From Felis catus (Eukaryota), in contig NC_058368.1 in assembly GCF_018350175.1 (NCBI RefSeq), forward strand, positions 24,988,001 to 25,052,000: 64,000 bases of DNA, given 5' to 3'. Position numbers and translations under genes: made by a program. The notes beneath the pieces were generated by a model, which made no database searches, was not told where the DNA came from, and saw only the letters and a list, made by a program, of their open reading frames with translations. Below, one piece after another: positions 59,710-64,000 of the stretch (position 1 is the first letter of the stretch; each line of letters starts with the position of its first letter).

Positions 59710-62700
59710 GGGGGGTTCTGACCCAAGATGGTGACATCGAAAGATCCTGAACTCACCAAATTACACCTGTGTACAGGGCAGTTACTCCTAAATAAGACCA
59801 GAGGGCCAGCTGAACAGCTTCTGCACAAGAAAAGAACAGTGAAAGAGAACAGCAAGAGAGATGGGGACAGGGTAAGGAAGGGACGCCCGCCCCCTCCCCC
59901 CCGGTCCCTGATGCAGTGAACGGCAGTGGGGAAGGAAAGTACTGAAGGACCTGGAACAGATTCCTCTCTCCTTAGGCAAGAAAAACAAAACAAAAAAATA
60001 TGGTTTAGAAACAGCATATAGAAGAGCCAGTCCTCGAACCCTGCCAAATGGTAAGGGAGCCTCTGGACATCTTTCTGGAGGTGATGAACTGACAGACACA
60101 ATGTATGTGGTATCTCCACCTCAAAAGCACAGACCAGTGTAAAGTCCAGGCACCCTAACCAGGGAGCCCCAGGCCCTTAGCTATCAGCAGCTTCAGCCAT
60201 CCCAGCAAGGCAGCCAGCTACAGGGCCATGCACACTGGGACACCCCTGGTTAGTGCTTACTACAGCTCGTCTTTGTGCCAAGGTGACACAGGAGTACTCC
60301 AGACCCACACCACTTGACTTTCAGACAACTTGCTAGGGTACCTCTGGTGTAGAGTGCTCCAGAACCTCCCAAGTGACCTCTGGTTTAGAACCAGCTGCCT
60401 TGCCAGGGTTCCCCCTGCACAGCATCCCTGGGAACCCCTGGCCCATACCTGCACCAGTTTCAGCCACCGGCAAGAGCACACTCCCTACGTGGAGCACTCT
60501 GGCACACCCTCCACCTGCAAATGCCTCTGCTGCAGTTACATGGCAAGCACACTCCCTGAATGAGCACCCTGGGACACCCTGGTATGCACCCAATTCAGTT
60601 TCAGCTGTCCTGCCACTTTACCCTCACTGTGGAGAGTCCTGGGACAACCTGGTTTGCAAACACTTCAGCTTCAGCTGTCCTGCCAGGGCACATTTTGCAT
60701 GGAGATCCCACAGACCACAGAGGCTTGCACCCACTTTAGCTTTAGCTGTCCTGACAGGGCACCCAATGCAAGACCCCTGAGACCACTGATCCACAACGCC
60801 CACAAGGTCCAGCCAGCCAGCACAAGTCACCAAGCACAGTCTACACAGGGGACCCCCATACACAAGACCATTCCTTCAAGTTTAAGAGAAGTAGCTATTC
60901 TACCTAACCCTTAGAAAAACACAGAAAGTCAAGCAAAATGGGGAGACAGAGGAATATGCTCCAAAACAATGAGCAAGACAGTACCTCAGAAGAATGAAAG
61001 AAAACAAAGATTACATGCCTAATAAAGAATTGAAAGTGATGATCATCAAGTTGCTCATCAAGCTAGAGAGAGGAGAAAAACTCAGACCTTTGATAGAGAT
61101 AGAAAATATAAAAAAGAACCAGAGTTGAAGAATACAACAAATGAAATAAAAATACACTAGAGGGAATCAACAGATCAGCAGATGCAAAAGAACGTATCAG
61201 TGATCTGAAAGACAGGGTAATGGAAATACCCCAGCTGAACAGCAAAACGAAAAAAGTATTTTAAAAATGAGGAAAGGTTAAGGGATCTCTTGGACAACAT
61301 CAAGCCAACATTTGCATTACAGGGGTCTCAAAAGAAGAAGAGAGAGAAAGGGGCAGAAAACTTAAGGAAATAATAGAAAAAAAAAACAAGCAAACAAAAA
61401 ACTCTAACCTAGGGAAAACAATAGATATCCAGGTTCAGAGTTCCAAACAAGATGAACTCAAAGTCCACAGCACAACACATAATAATTAAAATGTCAAAAG
61501 TTAAAGATAAGAGAATTTTAAAAGCAGCAAGAGAGAAACAAAAAATTATGTACAGGGGAAACCCTATAAGGCTATCAGCTGATTTTTTTTTTCAGCAAAA
61601 ACTTTGCAGGGAGGGGCATGATATATTAAAAGTAATGAAAGGAAAAAAACCTACAGCCAAAAATACATGGCAAGATTATTATTCAGATTTGAAGGAGAGA
61701 TTAAGAGTTTTTCAGACAAAAAATAAAGGAGTTAATCACCCTATATCAGACATACGAGAATTGTTAAAGACAGTTGTTTAAGTGGAGAAGGAAGAACCAT
61801 AACCAGACCAAAAAAAAATGTTAATAGAAAAGTAAAATATGACAGCATACATACAAAATGTGGAGAATTTAAAAGAAGTTTCTTGATTTTTTTTTTTTAG
61901 AATGTTTCTGAATTTAAATGATCATATAGGCTGCTGTATACTTAGGATGTTATATATGAACCTCATGGTAACCACAAACCCAAAATCTAACAGATACACA
62001 AGAAAATTAAAAAGAAAGTCAAACTTAACACTGCAGAAACTCAATCACAAAAAACAAGAGAAGAAAAAAAGAAAAACTACAAAAACAACCAGAAAACAAG
62101 TAACAAAATGGCAATAAGTACATGCTTATCAATAATTACCTTAACTGTAAATGGCCTAAATGATACAATTAAAAGATACAGGGTAGAGGAATATTTAAAA
62201 AAAAAAAAAAAGACTCATTTATATGTTGCCTATAGGAGAGGCACCTCACACGTAAGTCACATACAGACAGGAAGTGAAGGGATGGAGAAGCATTTACCAT
62301 GCAAATGGAAGTGGGGGGGAGAAAGCCAAGGTATCAACCAGACAAAATAGACTTTAAAAGAAAGATGGTAGTAAGAGACAAAGAATGACATTACACAATG
62401 ATAAAGGGGTCAGTCCAACAAGAGTGTATAACAATTGTAAATATCTATGCACCCAACATTGGAGGACCTAAAAACATAAAGCAAATATTAACAGATAAAG
62501 AGGAAACTTGATGGTAATAAAATAATAGTAAAGGATTGAACACCCCACTTACATCAATAGATGTATCATCCAGACAACTTATCTATAAGGAAACAGTATC
62601 TTTGAACAAAACATTAGACCAGATGGACATAACAGATATATAAAGAGCATTTCATCCAAAAACTACAGAATATATTTTCTTTTCAAATACACATGGAACA

Positions 62701-62975
62701 TTTTCTAGAATAGATCACATGTAAAACGTGCCTCAGTAAATTTAAGATTGTACCACATATCTTTTCCAATCACAATGGTATGAAACTAGAAATCGATCAC
62801 AGAAAAACAAATTTGAAAAAACACAAACATGGAGGCTAACCAACATAATTAAACAACCAATAGATCAATAGAGCAATCAAAGAAATTAAAAAACACATGG
62901 AGACTGATGGAAGTGAAAACATAATGGTCCACAATCTTTGGTATACAGTGAAAGCTGTTCTAAAAGAAAAATACA
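59710..62975 (+). mobile_element. Second L1: 5' UTR, ORF1 and ORF2 endonuclease region
   Basis: CAAGATGG start, ORF1 HIIIKMSKVKDKRILKAAREKQ..YRGNPIRLSADF, ORF2 start MAISTCLSIITLTVNGLN. Confidence 0.9.
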
Positions 62976-64000
62976 GGAAGTACCAACATGGTAGAGAAGT
63001 AGGGGGATCAAAGTTCCCTCATCTCTCAAACAAAGCAGTGTTGAAACTAAAGGACTTTGAACTCCAAGAGTCTGGGAGGGAAAGAGTCATACTTCAGGGA
63101 CCCACCAGGACAACCTGACAGGCCATAGGTGAGTGATTGTGAACTGGGAGAGATAAAATGAGTGGAGGGGAGGGATCCCCTTCTGCAGAGACACAAAGGG
63201 AAGAGAAACAGAGGCTGGGGAAGCATAGGACTGTATCTGGACAAGAGAAAAACCATGGACTGGGATGGAGAAAGATCCAATCTCTAACTGAGGGTCTTTC
63301 TCACAACTGGGGCCAGCTGTCTGGATCGCACACCTGGGGAGGAAGGGACCCAGCCCCAGGCTCCGTGGCTAGGTCAGGGGCACAGTCCACAGTGGGGGGA
63401 AGCGATCCCCTCCCTGGAGTGCTGTGGGACAGGACAAAGCCTGCCTGTCCACCAGCCAGTGACCACGTATTGGGGGGCGAAGGGTAGCACTCCCCCAGTA
63501 CCAGAAGTTTGAATCCTAGCCAAGAGCCAGGGCACGGGCATCAGTGGAGTGAGACAAACCGCCTCGTTTGCGCCTGTGGCACAGTGAGGACGGCTGGAAC
63601 AGATTGTTTGTGGACACCTGGTCCGTGGAGGAGAGACCGGGGTATCACCATTTTTCTCCCCACCACCACCAAGGTGGGGCCTCAGGGATCAGTCCACAGG
63701 GCCCACAGTGGAGGAGGGACCAGCCTACACCAAACCACGCTGCTCTGCGCAGGTAACTGTATCTACTGGGACAGGGTAGACACTGTGGAACCAGACGGCC
63801 CCTCCTCCAGACCAGCGCTGGTGCATTGCCTGGATTAATTCTAGGACAATTCTTGTTATATAGATATATTCTCCCTTCCATTTCTCCTCTTATCTTTTCT
63901 CTCCTCTAGTCTGGTTACTCTGGTTTTTGGTTTGTTTCAACAGACATATTTAATCCATTCTCTTAATACACGTTCCACACCTCCTTCTTTATCCTCCTCT
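62976..64000 (+). mobile_element. Third, probably younger, L1 5' UTR running off the window
   Basis: Abrupt switch from ORF2 (KAVLKEKY) to GC-rich sequence starting GGAAGTACCAACATGG, followed by a CT-rich tract typical of carnivore L1 5' regions. Confidence 0.65.

Noticed and set aside
59710..62975. Possible active L1
   Set aside because: ORF1 and ORF2 are broken by many stops and frameshifts, and the element is interrupted.

Overview
This is mammalian genomic DNA from a carnivore, most likely a felid, judging by the cat-type tRNA-derived Can-SINEs (SINEC_Fc). The window holds the 3' part of ZC3H13 on the + strand. ZC3H13 is a zinc finger CCCH protein and a subunit of the m6A writer-associated WTAP/VIRMA/RBM15 complex. 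Eleven coding exons lie between 18080 and 54630. All have GT-AG boundaries and consistent phases, and together give 4036 nt (about 1345 codons, ending ...QQELCVS*). A likely poly(A) signal sits at 55273. The upstream exons are outside the window, so 1-18079 is part of one long intron. The rest is intronic or intergenic repeat sequence (SINEC, L1, L2, L3/CR1, MIR, MLT1 LTRs, MER/Tigger), ending in a nested stack of three L1 5' ends after 57 kb. I see no demonstrable new multi-gene system. The best leads are: an 80-nt near-perfect intronic hairpin (10172-10251); a recursive-splice-like polypyrimidine-CAG|GTGAGA site (15102); a sharp CpG-rich patch inside a coding exon (37940-38280) that may reflect GC-biased gene conversion; a possible intron-read-through short isoform (43762); a tailless 29-nt SINE 5' fragment with a 16-bp TSD (57249-57309); and several templated-insertion repair scars. 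Repeat subfamily names and comparisons with human come from recall, not from searches, and repeat boundaries without TSDs are approximate.
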